Positions 39,215 to 47,768 of a stretch of 64,000 bases of DNA are shown piece by piece (the stretch's first letter is position 1; every line of letters starts with the position of its first letter). Below the pieces are notes generated by a model. That model was not told the DNA's origin. It ran no database searches and worked only from the letters and a program-made list of their open reading frames with translations. The translations under genes were made by a program, and so were the position numbers. Source of the stretch: Candidatus Omnitrophota bacterium (lineage in GTDB: Bacteria > Omnitrophota > Omnitrophia > Omnitrophales > JACROU01). The stretch covers positions 301,126 through 365,125 of the forward strand of contig JAJDCD010000023.1 in NCBI GenBank assembly GCA_029261035.1, given 5' to 3'.

Positions 39215-40603
39215 GTGCCCAATATTAATTTAGATGACACGATTGCTGCTATATCAACCCCTATTGGTGAAGGGGGGATTGGCATTGTCCGTATGAGCGG
39301 GCCTCAAGCTATCGAAGTAAGTGATGTTTTATTTAAAGCGAAATCCGGGAAAGCATTAGCAAAGGTAAAACCTTTTACGGTGCATTTTGGATTTGTTATG
39401 GATGATGAACGGGTTGTTGACGAAGTGCTGGTTACCGTGTTTAAGTCTCCAAAATCATATACAAGCCAGGACATGGTTGAGATTTCAAGCCATGGAGGGA
39501 TTGTGGTTACCCGTAAAATTTTAGACCTTATTTTCAAACAAGGAATTCGTGCTGCAGAACCCGGAGAGTTTACCAAACGAGCGTTTTTAAGTGGAAGATT
39601 AGATTTAACTCAAGCAGAAGCGGTGTTGGATGTGATTCAAGCAAAGACGGATGCGAGTTTGTCTGTCGCACAAGAGCAGCTTAAAGGGAGTTTGTCGAAA
39701 AAAGTTAAAAGTATTAAGGACAAGCTGATGCATGTCTATGCGCATGTGGAAGCGTTTGTGGATTTTCCTCAAGAAGATTTGGAAGTTTATTCTCAAAAAG
39801 AGGTGATTGAAAAAATAAAGGAAGTTGAGAGTGAGATTAACGAGCTTTTATTGAGTTATCAAAAAGGGGAAATTGTTCGCGAAGGAATACTGAGTGTTAT
39901 TGTGGGCCGTCCTAATGTTGGCAAATCTTCTCTTCTAAATGCGTTACTGGATAGAGATCGCGCTCTTGTTTCGGATGTTCCTGGAACAACACGAGATGCG
40001 CTAGAAGAGATGATTGAGTTAGAGGGCATTTTGTTTCGGTTGTGTGATACGGCTGGGCTTGGGGTTTTTGCGGACAAGATAGATACGTTGAGTATGGAGA
40101 GAACGAAGAAGTATTTAGATCAAGGCAATGTCTTTCTCTGGGTTTTAGACTCTTCAGAAGAGTTTAAAGAAGAAGATAAGAATATTGTGGCGATGGTTAA
40201 AAACAAAAAAGTAATTCCCGTTTTGAATAAGAGCGATCTTCCAGCACAATGGAAGTGGGAAGAGGTTCAAAAACAGTTTCAGATGGATGTGGAGCCGGTG
40301 CTTATTTCTGCTAAGAATAGAGAAGGGTTGAGCGAATTGGAAAAGCGAATGAAAGAGTTGGTTTGGGAGGGAAAAGTTACTACCGAAGGTATTGCGGTAA
40401 CTCGGGTGCGGCATAAAGCGGCATTGGAACAAGCTCTTATTGATTTGGCTCAGGCGGGGGTTGTGTTTCAGAATAAGGATTCTTTGGAGTTTTTGACGTT
40501 TAATATTAAGGCGGCTTTGGATTCTTTGAGTGAGTTGATTGGGGAAGTTTATTCTGAGGATTTGTTGGATGTTATTTTTGGGGAGTTTTGTATTGGGAAG
40601 TAA
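39215..40603 (+). CDS. mnmE: tRNA modification GTPase
   Basis: DTIAAISTP, GEFTKRAF, GRPNVGKSS, GTTRD, DTAG, NKSD, FCIGK. Confidence 0.97.
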   Translation: MPNINLDDTIAAISTPIGEGGIGIVRMSGPQAIEVSDVLFKAKSGKALAKVKPFTVHFGFVMDDERVVDEVLVTVFKSPKSYTSQDMVEISSHGGIVVTRKILDLIFKQGIRAAEPGEFTKRAFLSGRLDLTQAEAVLDVIQAKTDASLSVAQEQLKGSLSKKVKSIKDKLMHVYAHVEAFVDFPQEDLEVYSQKEVIEKIKEVESEINELLLSYQKGEIVREGILSVIVGRPNVGKSSLLNALLDRDRALVSDVPGTTRDALEEMIELEGILFRLCDTAGLGVFADKIDTLSMERTKKYLDQGNVFLWVLDSSEEFKEEDKNIVAMVKNKKVIPVLNKSDLPAQWKWEEVQKQFQMDVEPVLISAKNREGLSELEKRMKELVWEGKVTTEGIAVTRVRHKAALEQALIDLAQAGVVFQNKDSLEFLTFNIKAALDSLSELIGEVYSEDLLDVIFGEFCIGK

Positions 40604-40624
40604 GGGGGTTTATAGTTGGGTTGC

Positions 40625-40893
40625 GGCTAGAGAATGTTCCCTGGCGCTCAGACAGCACAAAAATTGAGAAGCGATTTTTGTGAACTCGCGGCGGGGAACA
40701 TTCTCTAGCCTTTTAAGTTATAAACTTTGGGTGGGGAGTGTTGAAAGCCGGAGCTGCATCGAGCAGCTCCGGCTTTCTTGGTTTAGGGTGTTTCGTTATT
40801 GTGTAAATAACGAAACTCGTTTTTATTTTTTTGGTTTGGACTTGTTGTAGGGATAAAGGCATTTGTTGAATAGAGGGGTTGGTTTAGGATTTA
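40625..40893 (-). other. Three-hairpin structured element, copy 3 (subtype B, with tail)
   Basis: ggctagagaatgttccc/gggaacattctctagcc; perfect stem gaaagccggagctgc-atcga-gcagctccggctttc; gtttcgttatt-gtgta-aataacgaaac; tail. Confidence 0.9.
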
Positions 40894-40910
40894 TTAAAGA
40901 TAAAGAATGT

Positions 40911-40989
40911 TGTCATTCCCGAAATCTTTTGTCGGGAATCCAGGTTGTTTTTGTTTGTGGATCCCCGATAAAAACATTCGGGGATGACA
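40911..40989. repeat. REP-like palindrome (GTCATTCCCG subfamily)
   Basis: tgtcattcccgaa..tcgggaatcca / tggatccccga..ttcggggatgaca. Confidence 0.85.
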
Positions 40990-40996
40990 GCCTTAC

Positions 40997-43900
40997 CTAT
41001 GCCGCTTGGGCGATTTGTCGTTGGGTGAAGGCTTGGGTGAAGAGTTGTTGTAGGTGGTCGCTTAGCTGTAAGATCCATCGGTCTTTGGCTTTTTTCCAGA
41101 TGCCGAAGAGGTCGCGTTTTCCTTGGAAGAGGAATTCGATGGCTGCTGTGGGAGCGTATAAACTTTGTTCTACACTTAAGATTTCTGTGGTGCTTGCGCT
41201 TACTTCTGTTTGACCCAGTAAGTGGATTGCGTGGGTATTTGTGTTTCGTTTTAAGCGGTGTGCGTAGTCGTTGAGGTGGTCTTTGCTTCCGAATCGAGCG
41301 TTTCCTTCTAATTCAGGAAGCGGGCTCCAGTCGTTTGTCTCTTTGAGAATGAGGATATCTCTTTTCTTTTGTTTGAGATGGTAGTTTAATTCTTCTAGTT
41401 CTGAAGGACTCATTTGTCTTAAGGTTTCGACTGAAATGATAAAGGTTATTTTGTTTTGAAGTTGATCTGCTCGGTTAAAAATTTGAGAAACCTTTCCGGA
41501 GTCTTTTAGTTTCCATGGAAGAGTAATTCCTAAACTAGACCCTTCAGACTTTTCTTTTTCTATTTCTATTTTCTTTATTACTTTTGAAAATTCTTTTCTC
41601 CATGTGGATGTGCCATGAGAAGAGACAAGGCCATACCCGAGAAGCATATTATCTCTTTCCATATCTTTAAGCAGTCTAAAATTTTTAGGATTTCTTATAT
41701 CCTCATCTGTTATAACAAGAAAAAAAGGAGGGGAGTCTATAGTTCTTTTGAATAACGTGGCAAGATCGTAAACGGTTGTATCTGAGGTTAGAAAGCCCGT
41801 AGATACCCCCGTATGAAATAAGGATATGACCAAGTCAAAGGAATCGCTTTTCATGGCTTTGTTGGCATAAACAGCGCTTCCTTTTTCAGCAATTTCAAAA
41901 TCTATTTGTAGATCCGAGCTAATGCGGTCTAAGCCTCTTTTCACTTTTTCTCGTAACTCTTGTTTAACGCCAACAAGAAGAATTTTGTAGCTGGGTTTTT
42001 TCTCTGAGGCATTTCCTAAACTATTTGCATCAGATTTAGGGGGATTTTTTGTTTGTGCATTTGAGCCCCATTTAGGTTTTTTTATCTTTTCAAGGTCATC
42101 AAGAATGGATTTCATTCGACCTGAATCCAGGTTGTGTTTGTGCATGTGGTCGTGATGAGAAGGGGATTCTTCAATTTGAGCTAATTTTTTTTGAAATGCC
42201 TGGATGTCTAGACCTGTCTTTTTTGGACTTTCTGGAGTAAGTATGATTGTTGGAATCTTAATCTCATCATTATCTAAGGTGGATAAAAGGGCATCAGCTG
42301 TGGTGTTCGTTTTAGTCCACCATCCTGTTGTTCCTGTAACAAAATAAGAAATAACAAGGTTGAACGGTGCAGAGCTTCCGTTTGCTTTTTTTATTGCTGT
42401 AACTGCTTTTTTATTCCCTGTTACAGTGACGATTTCAAATTCTCGTCCCAAAATTTGTCCCAACTTTCCAAGTTTTTCTACTATAAAGGGAGTGTCTGTG
42501 TTAAGCCCAACAACTAAAATTTTTTTAACTTGACCTAAACTAGAGGCTTTAATAACTTTGTGCACCTTTACCGTGTTTAAAAATACGATTTTGGTTGCGA
42601 TGGCATCGGGTGTAGAGCGGTGCATACGTGTCTGAACACCGAAAGTGGCAAGTAAAGCGCCGAGATTATGGCTGATGCCGGGATAGAAAGAACGAGAAGA
42701 GCTAAGGGTGTCATAGGCAAAAAAACGGGGTTTGTTTTTTGCTAAGCCGTCATCGGGATTTTCGATTTTAGAAAAGGGAGTTGGAAGTTCAGTTCCTTGG
42801 TTGACGACTTGAATACGAAAAGGGCCTAACCCAAAATGATCCATTTCTCTTTGTATCAGCAGAGAGTCATAAGGGGCGTTGTGCATTACGAGCAATGATT
42901 TTTTGTAACGTTTTAAAAATTCGAGTATGTCTGGAAAAGCCTTTTCCGCTGGAATTCCTTTTTCCAAAATTTCTTTTTTTGTGATCCCTGTAAACTCTTC
43001 AATGTTGAAAGGCATATTGAAATTACCATCGGGTTTAATCAAGAGGGATACGCGCTCAACTTCTTGGAGTCCTTTATAGGCAATCGCGGTAAGCTCTATA
43101 ATTCTTGATTCTCTAATATTAAGGCCAGTGCTTTCTAAATCGATGACTACGTATTCAAGGTCTCGAAGTGTTTCATCTAAAAGAAAATCAGGAAGCGTTT
43201 TGTTTTCAAGTTGAGCTTTATAGTAAGCAAGTTCGATTTCGTTGCTAGGGTCTCTTTGAAGTTTTTCCATAAAGGCTCTCTTGAGAATCGTCATTTTCGC
43301 TAAGAGAAGGCCTTCCACACGAGAGGGAGAGAGTTTCTGAAGGGTATTTCGATATAGTTCTTCAAAGACCAAAGGAGGTAAATCCTTAGGAGGGCTGACC
43401 ATGTTAAATAGGCGGACAACACTGTGGTCACTGACCGGTCTTGTTCGTGGTTTTCTTTCATGCTCTGACCATCGAATGATTTTAGTTTCATTCCCTGGAA
43501 GAACTAAAACGGAATGTTGTTTATTCGTTTCTTTTGGAGTGGAGGGCTTTATTTCAACTTCTTGGACTTGGGGGTCAGATTCAGGAACGAATACAGGAGT
43601 TTTTTCTGATGAGGGTTCTTCTTGAAGAGAAGCTTTTAAAAGGCGATTGATGGCCGCAAATTGTTTTTGTATTTCAACAATGCCTACATTGTCCACGCCT
43701 TTAATGTTTTGCTTGATATAAGGGATGTTGGGGACAAGGATGTTGCCAAACATAATCCCTTGAATCATTTGCCCAATTAAAGGAAAGCCAGCTTCTTTAA
43801 TTTTATTTGAGAAACGGCTTTGAATTCCTAATTCTTCTATTGGCAGATAATGAATTGCTTCAAGTTCTCCTTTTTTTGCAGCACTTTTAAGTTTGCCACC

Positions 43901-45427
43901 TAAAGGTTTACCTAGACTGGCTGCTTTTGTTTGTGCTTGTCTCCAAGCTTGCTGAAACTGTAAGCCTTTGGAATTTAAAAGCACAAATTCCTGAATGGAA
44001 CGAAGTGCTTTTGGAGAGGAAAGCGTTCTAGGGGCTGAAAGTGCAGCTTGCTCTGTAATGGTCCAATCGTCGTTGAGGCGCTTAGAATAAAATCGGTTTT
44101 CTGAAATTTGAGAGATGCGAGGGGAGATGGTGATAAAGGAAAAACCTTTTTCTTCTAATTTTTGTTCTACAAACTCTGTGTGAAAGCCGCCAGTGACAAG
44201 CACGCAGCTTAGTTTGTCGTTGGGAGTTTTGTTTTGTTCTACTTGTACGCGTTTGAAAAACTGATTCATCATGATGCTATCTCTAAGACGTGCTTTTTGG
44301 TAAAAATCATGAACGGCTAAAACAGCATTGTCTGACAAAGATTCTAAAAGAGGAGAGTCTGGAGAGATAAGGTCTAAATCTTTGCGTGTTGCTTTGAGTT
44401 GTAGTGTGTTTTTAATCGATCGAAATGTTTCTAGTTGGTCAAAGAACAGTTGATCTTCTTCTGGATCTAAATAACTTTCTTTTATGTTTTTAACTAAACG
44501 CTCCAGCTCTTCAAAAAGGTGTTGTCCTTGAATTTGTTTTAGTTTTTGTGTCAATTCCAGCTCGCTTCTAAGCTGAGGGGCATTGGCGAGGTCATCTTCT
44601 GAAATCTGTTCTCCTAATTGTTTTGCTTCTCCTAGAGTTAAGCCTAAGGAGCTGAGTTCTTGATCTAACTTTCCTTTATCTGCAAAAGCTTGCAATTGTT
44701 GTATCTTGCGAAATAAGGTTAAGTTCCGGTAGGAAGAGCTGGCGATGCTTTTGCTTTCTGCGTCAGCGAGAACGGACTCTATATAAGTTATCAGATCTAT
44801 TTTTTCTGCTTCAAATTTTCTTTCGTTGTCATAAAGAGAATTCAGTTTATCCGAGAAACGACTCTTCCTTTCTTTTTTTAATTGTTGTTCTTTCTGAATG
44901 ATGAACTGCATGATATCTGCTTGAAAAGAGCGAGCGTTGAAATACGCTTGTCTGTTTTGATTATATACTTCAGCATCTTCGAGACCAAAAAAAGAATAAT
45001 TAGAATCTGTGGTAGCAGCTAAGCTAACCCCATCCATAAGAAGATTGTCTAAGAGAAAACCGGCGATTGTTTCAAAGTTTTTATTTTTAGATAAGATTTC
45101 TAATGAGTCGGTGTAAAGTTCTCCAGAAGCTCCTTCAGCCATAATCAGATTGGTACCGAGTCGAGAGTGGAGGAAATCAATGATGTTAAAGATATTGCGA
45201 TGAGCTTCGGGTTGATCATGAGCCTCTTGGATATGAAATATGAGAGGAGCGCCTGGTTTTGAAACATGCATTTTTTTAATCGAACCCCATTCTGTAGGAA
45301 TGGGAGGAAAGGAAAAGCCGCCAACAGAAAGAGTGGCTGCAGGAGCTAGAGGAAGCTGTAAACCCATCATGGATATCATGATGAGAGAACAAGTAAGTTT
45401 TTTAAGTAGTTGTGACTTTTTGATCAT
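40997..45427 (-). CDS. Giant modular exported protein 2 (~1476 aa): conserved N-terminal domain, RpoA-CTD-like, DEDDh exonuclease, two degenerate receiver-like modules
   Basis: Signal peptide from MIKKSQLL (45427); FHIQEAH, AEGASG, GLE, RD..GGFH; AASLG/ASSLG/ANSLG/GSSLG linkers; IDLESTG..HNAPYD..HRSTPDA; ends AQAA. Confidence 0.75.
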   Translation of the reverse strand: MIKKSQLLKKLTCSLIMISMMGLQLPLAPAATLSVGGFSFPPIPTEWGSIKKMHVSKPGAPLIFHIQEAHDQPEAHRNIFNIIDFLHSRLGTNLIMAEGASGELYTDSLEILSKNKNFETIAGFLLDNLLMDGVSLAATTDSNYSFFGLEDAEVYNQNRQAYFNARSFQADIMQFIIQKEQQLKKERKSRFSDKLNSLYDNERKFEAEKIDLITYIESVLADAESKSIASSSYRNLTLFRKIQQLQAFADKGKLDQELSSLGLTLGEAKQLGEQISEDDLANAPQLRSELELTQKLKQIQGQHLFEELERLVKNIKESYLDPEEDQLFFDQLETFRSIKNTLQLKATRKDLDLISPDSPLLESLSDNAVLAVHDFYQKARLRDSIMMNQFFKRVQVEQNKTPNDKLSCVLVTGGFHTEFVEQKLEEKGFSFITISPRISQISENRFYSKRLNDDWTITEQAALSAPRTLSSPKALRSIQEFVLLNSKGLQFQQAWRQAQTKAASLGKPLGGKLKSAAKKGELEAIHYLPIEELGIQSRFSNKIKEAGFPLIGQMIQGIMFGNILVPNIPYIKQNIKGVDNVGIVEIQKQFAAINRLLKASLQEEPSSEKTPVFVPESDPQVQEVEIKPSTPKETNKQHSVLVLPGNETKIIRWSEHERKPRTRPVSDHSVVRLFNMVSPPKDLPPLVFEELYRNTLQKLSPSRVEGLLLAKMTILKRAFMEKLQRDPSNEIELAYYKAQLENKTLPDFLLDETLRDLEYVVIDLESTGLNIRESRIIELTAIAYKGLQEVERVSLLIKPDGNFNMPFNIEEFTGITKKEILEKGIPAEKAFPDILEFLKRYKKSLLVMHNAPYDSLLIQREMDHFGLGPFRIQVVNQGTELPTPFSKIENPDDGLAKNKPRFFAYDTLSSSRSFYPGISHNLGALLATFGVQTRMHRSTPDAIATKIVFLNTVKVHKVIKASSLGQVKKILVVGLNTDTPFIVEKLGKLGQILGREFEIVTVTGNKKAVTAIKKANGSSAPFNLVISYFVTGTTGWWTKTNTTADALLSTLDNDEIKIPTIILTPESPKKTGLDIQAFQKKLAQIEESPSHHDHMHKHNLDSGRMKSILDDLEKIKKPKWGSNAQTKNPPKSDANSLGNASEKKPSYKILLVGVKQELREKVKRGLDRISSDLQIDFEIAEKGSAVYANKAMKSDSFDLVISLFHTGVSTGFLTSDTTVYDLATLFKRTIDSPPFFLVITDEDIRNPKNFRLLKDMERDNMLLGYGLVSSHGTSTWRKEFSKVIKKIEIEKEKSEGSSLGITLPWKLKDSGKVSQIFNRADQLQNKITFIISVETLRQMSPSELEELNYHLKQKKRDILILKETNDWSPLPELEGNARFGSKDHLNDYAHRLKRNTNTHAIHLLGQTEVSASTTEILSVEQSLYAPTAAIEFLFQGKRDLFGIWKKAKDRWILQLSDHLQQLFTQAFTQRQIAQAA

Positions 45428-45546
45428 AAGCGTATGACTCAATAGTCTTCCGTGAAGGGATTTTTCTGTCCGTGAGCTAACTATCCTAGTCGAGATTGTT
45501 TGGCTGGTCAAGGGGATTGATGGGGGCGCGTATAGGGGCCGTTGTT

Positions 45547-45733
45547 GGCCATAGGATGTTCTCCGGCGCTCAGACATGCTCGTCTGGAAAAAGACTGCGC
45601 AACTCGCGGCGGAGAACATCCTATGGCCTTTTATGTTATACGCTGAGTGGGGGTTAGAGGGTTCAAAACAAAAGTGCATCGAGCCCTTTTGTTTTGTAGA
45701 GTAACAGTGGCCGTCACCTGTGTGACGGACCGC
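45547..45733 (-). other. Three-hairpin structured element, copy 4 (subtype A)
   Basis: ggccataggatgttctccg/cggagaacatcctatggcc around GCTCAGACA..AACTCGC; caaaacaaaag..CATCGAG..cttttgttttg; ccgtcac-ctgt-gtgacgg. Confidence 0.85.
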
Positions 45734-45811
45734 ACTTACTTTAAATAGTTGGAATTATTGGGGATATGTAAATGAAAGGGATTAATGCATGTCGCCGACT
45801 TCGCGTCTATG

Positions 45812-46906
45812 CTATTTTATTAATTGTGTATCGAGTTTTTCTGATACTTCTTCTATGCTTGTTGGGCGGATGCCGAATGTTTTTTGCCATACTTCTTGAG
45901 ATTCCATGCAAAGAAAAAGAGCTAAGTCCTTTGAATAAGAGCGGATATGAGATTGGATGGCCTGAAACATCTCTGTACGAATGTCTTTAAAGTAACGCAT
46001 TTTGTCATCCACACCCCGAACGAACTCCCCATAGGCGAGTTTGGATTTAGGAAATCTTTCTGTCATTACATTTTTTAACTTAGGAAGATAGCGCAAAGAC
46101 CCCATGCTGATCCATGTAATTTTTTCGGGTGGAATAGCGTCGAAGAGACGGTCGAGAGACTCTTTGTAATCTTTTTCCCAGCCTTCATAGTGAACGATAG
46201 GGTCTAAATGAAAAGTTACTTTATAGCCAGCATCTAAAACTTTTTTGGCTGCAATCAGTCTTTTTTCTAGAGAAGCTGTTTTGTGTTCTTCTTCTTGGCT
46301 AATTTTTTCTGAATTGTAAGACCATCCAACAATCACTTTTTCTTTTGGAGCCATTTTGAGTAAGTTATCGATGTTGTCGGACTTGGTTTTGAATTCTAAA
46401 GTGGCGTTGGAAATGTTTTGAAAAAAAGGAACAAGTATTTCTGAGAAACCCGTGAGATGATCGGTCGAGAGAGAGTCTGTTAATTCTCCTGTCCCAATAC
46501 GGTAATAACTTTTCGGATTTTCTTTTAAGATAGAACTCAACTCGCTAAGAGCATCTTCGATGTTCGTGTAAAAGGTTAAGATGGGGTTGTTTAGATAAGC
46601 TTGCAAAATACAATAGCTGCAATCAAAATTACAACCAACAGCTAAATGAAATATTTGATAGTTGCAACAAACATAGTCGGTTACAGAAGGACAAGGCTTG
46701 AAGAACTTTCCTTTGTGGCGTGTGAGCAACACCATACGCTTGCCTTGAGTAAAGGCGTCTTCTTTGTCGTTGTAATGCCGGATGATGGCTTTTTCATCTT
46801 GAATGATTTCAACAGGGATTCCAGGCATACGTTCTAGCATGCGCCCCGTTTGAGTATCGTTCTTGGCTTCTTCGGTTATAAATATTTTTGAAGGGGTGTA
46901 GTTCAT
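45812..46906 (-). CDS. Spore photoproduct lyase-like radical SAM protein
   Basis: GCNFDCSYCILQAY (CxxxCxxC), RIGTGELTDSL, EFKTKS, HLDPI, KMRYF, LCMES. Confidence 0.85.
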   Translation of the reverse strand: MNYTPSKIFITEEAKNDTQTGRMLERMPGIPVEIIQDEKAIIRHYNDKEDAFTQGKRMVLLTRHKGKFFKPCPSVTDYVCCNYQIFHLAVGCNFDCSYCILQAYLNNPILTFYTNIEDALSELSSILKENPKSYYRIGTGELTDSLSTDHLTGFSEILVPFFQNISNATLEFKTKSDNIDNLLKMAPKEKVIVGWSYNSEKISQEEEHKTASLEKRLIAAKKVLDAGYKVTFHLDPIVHYEGWEKDYKESLDRLFDAIPPEKITWISMGSLRYLPKLKNVMTERFPKSKLAYGEFVRGVDDKMRYFKDIRTEMFQAIQSHIRSYSKDLALFLCMESQEVWQKTFGIRPTSIEEVSEKLDTQLIK

Positions 46907-47727
46907 GTTGTTTCGTACTTCTGAATTAGATCCAGATAATATTGTCCTTTTTCATTTTTTCCATGTTTGATACATCCGTTACCAAACACAGTACATTTTT
47001 CTCTCAGGGTTTCTGTTGTCCATTTGCGCTGTTCTTCCGTAAGGACTTGAGAGTCTAGTAATTGTATCATAGATTGAATTCGGTACTGATCCATCTGTGG
47101 TGTTGATTGAGATAGTTGGTCTGGACGCCCCCCGTATTTGGTAACTAAAGGACGGTCAATAAGATGGATAGGATAGCGATGAGTCGTTCGGAGCCAGAGG
47201 TCATAATCTTCGCAGGCAGGCATGCTTTCATCAAAAGCCCCTACGCGCTCTAAAATTTCTTTTTTGAGGGCGATTGCCGAAATGGTCACAATGCATAAGG
47301 GCAAACATTGCTTATATATAAATCCGGAGTGTTTTTTGTGTTTATCTTTAGGATTGACGCGCTTTCCTTTTCTGATCCAAGTTTCTCCTGTTTGGCAGGC
47401 AACAGCTTCTGGATTCTCTTTAAAAAAATTAACTTGGGCGTCTATTTTTTGAGGAAGCCATTCATCGTCTGAGTCTAAAAAGGTGATTATGTTTCCATGA
47501 GCTTTCTCAATGCCTTTGTTTCTTGCGGCGCTGACGCCTTTGTTTTCTTGATAAATATATTGAATGCGGCCATGGTAAGGAGCGAGAACTTTTTGAGTGT
47601 TGTCGGTTGAGCCGTCATCTACGACGATGATTTGGAGTTGTTTGTGGGTTTGGTTTAGGACGGATTTTAAGGCTCTTTCGATGAGGGTGGCTCTGTTGAA
47701 GGTTGGGATGATTACGGTGGTTAGCAT
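46903..47727 (-). CDS. Glycosyltransferase family 2
   Basis: IIPTFNR, VDDGSTD, GVSAARN, FLDSDD, EDYDLWLR. Confidence 0.92.
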   Translation of the reverse strand: MLTTVIIPTFNRATLIERALKSVLNQTHKQLQIIVVDDGSTDNTQKVLAPYHGRIQYIYQENKGVSAARNKGIEKAHGNIITFLDSDDEWLPQKIDAQVNFFKENPEAVACQTGETWIRKGKRVNPKDKHKKHSGFIYKQCLPLCIVTISAIALKKEILERVGAFDESMPACEDYDLWLRTTHRYPIHLIDRPLVTKYGGRPDQLSQSTPQMDQYRIQSMIQLLDSQVLTEEQRKWTTETLREKCTVFGNGCIKHGKNEKGQYYLDLIQKYETT

Positions 47728-47733
47728 GGGGGT

Positions 47734-47762
47734 ATCATAAGGTGCTTGAGGGGGATTGTAAA
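47734..47762 (-). promoter_or_regulatory. Putative sigma70 promoter giving a leaderless mRNA
   Basis: Minus strand TTTACA-17 nt-TATGAT, ending 6 nt before the ATG at 47727; no SD. Confidence 0.5.
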
Positions 47763-47768
47763 GTTGTT

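Noticed and set aside
45428-45679. N-terminal 84 aa of the 1560-aa ORF
   Set aside because: It runs through element copy 4; the signal-peptide-like sequence starts at 45427.
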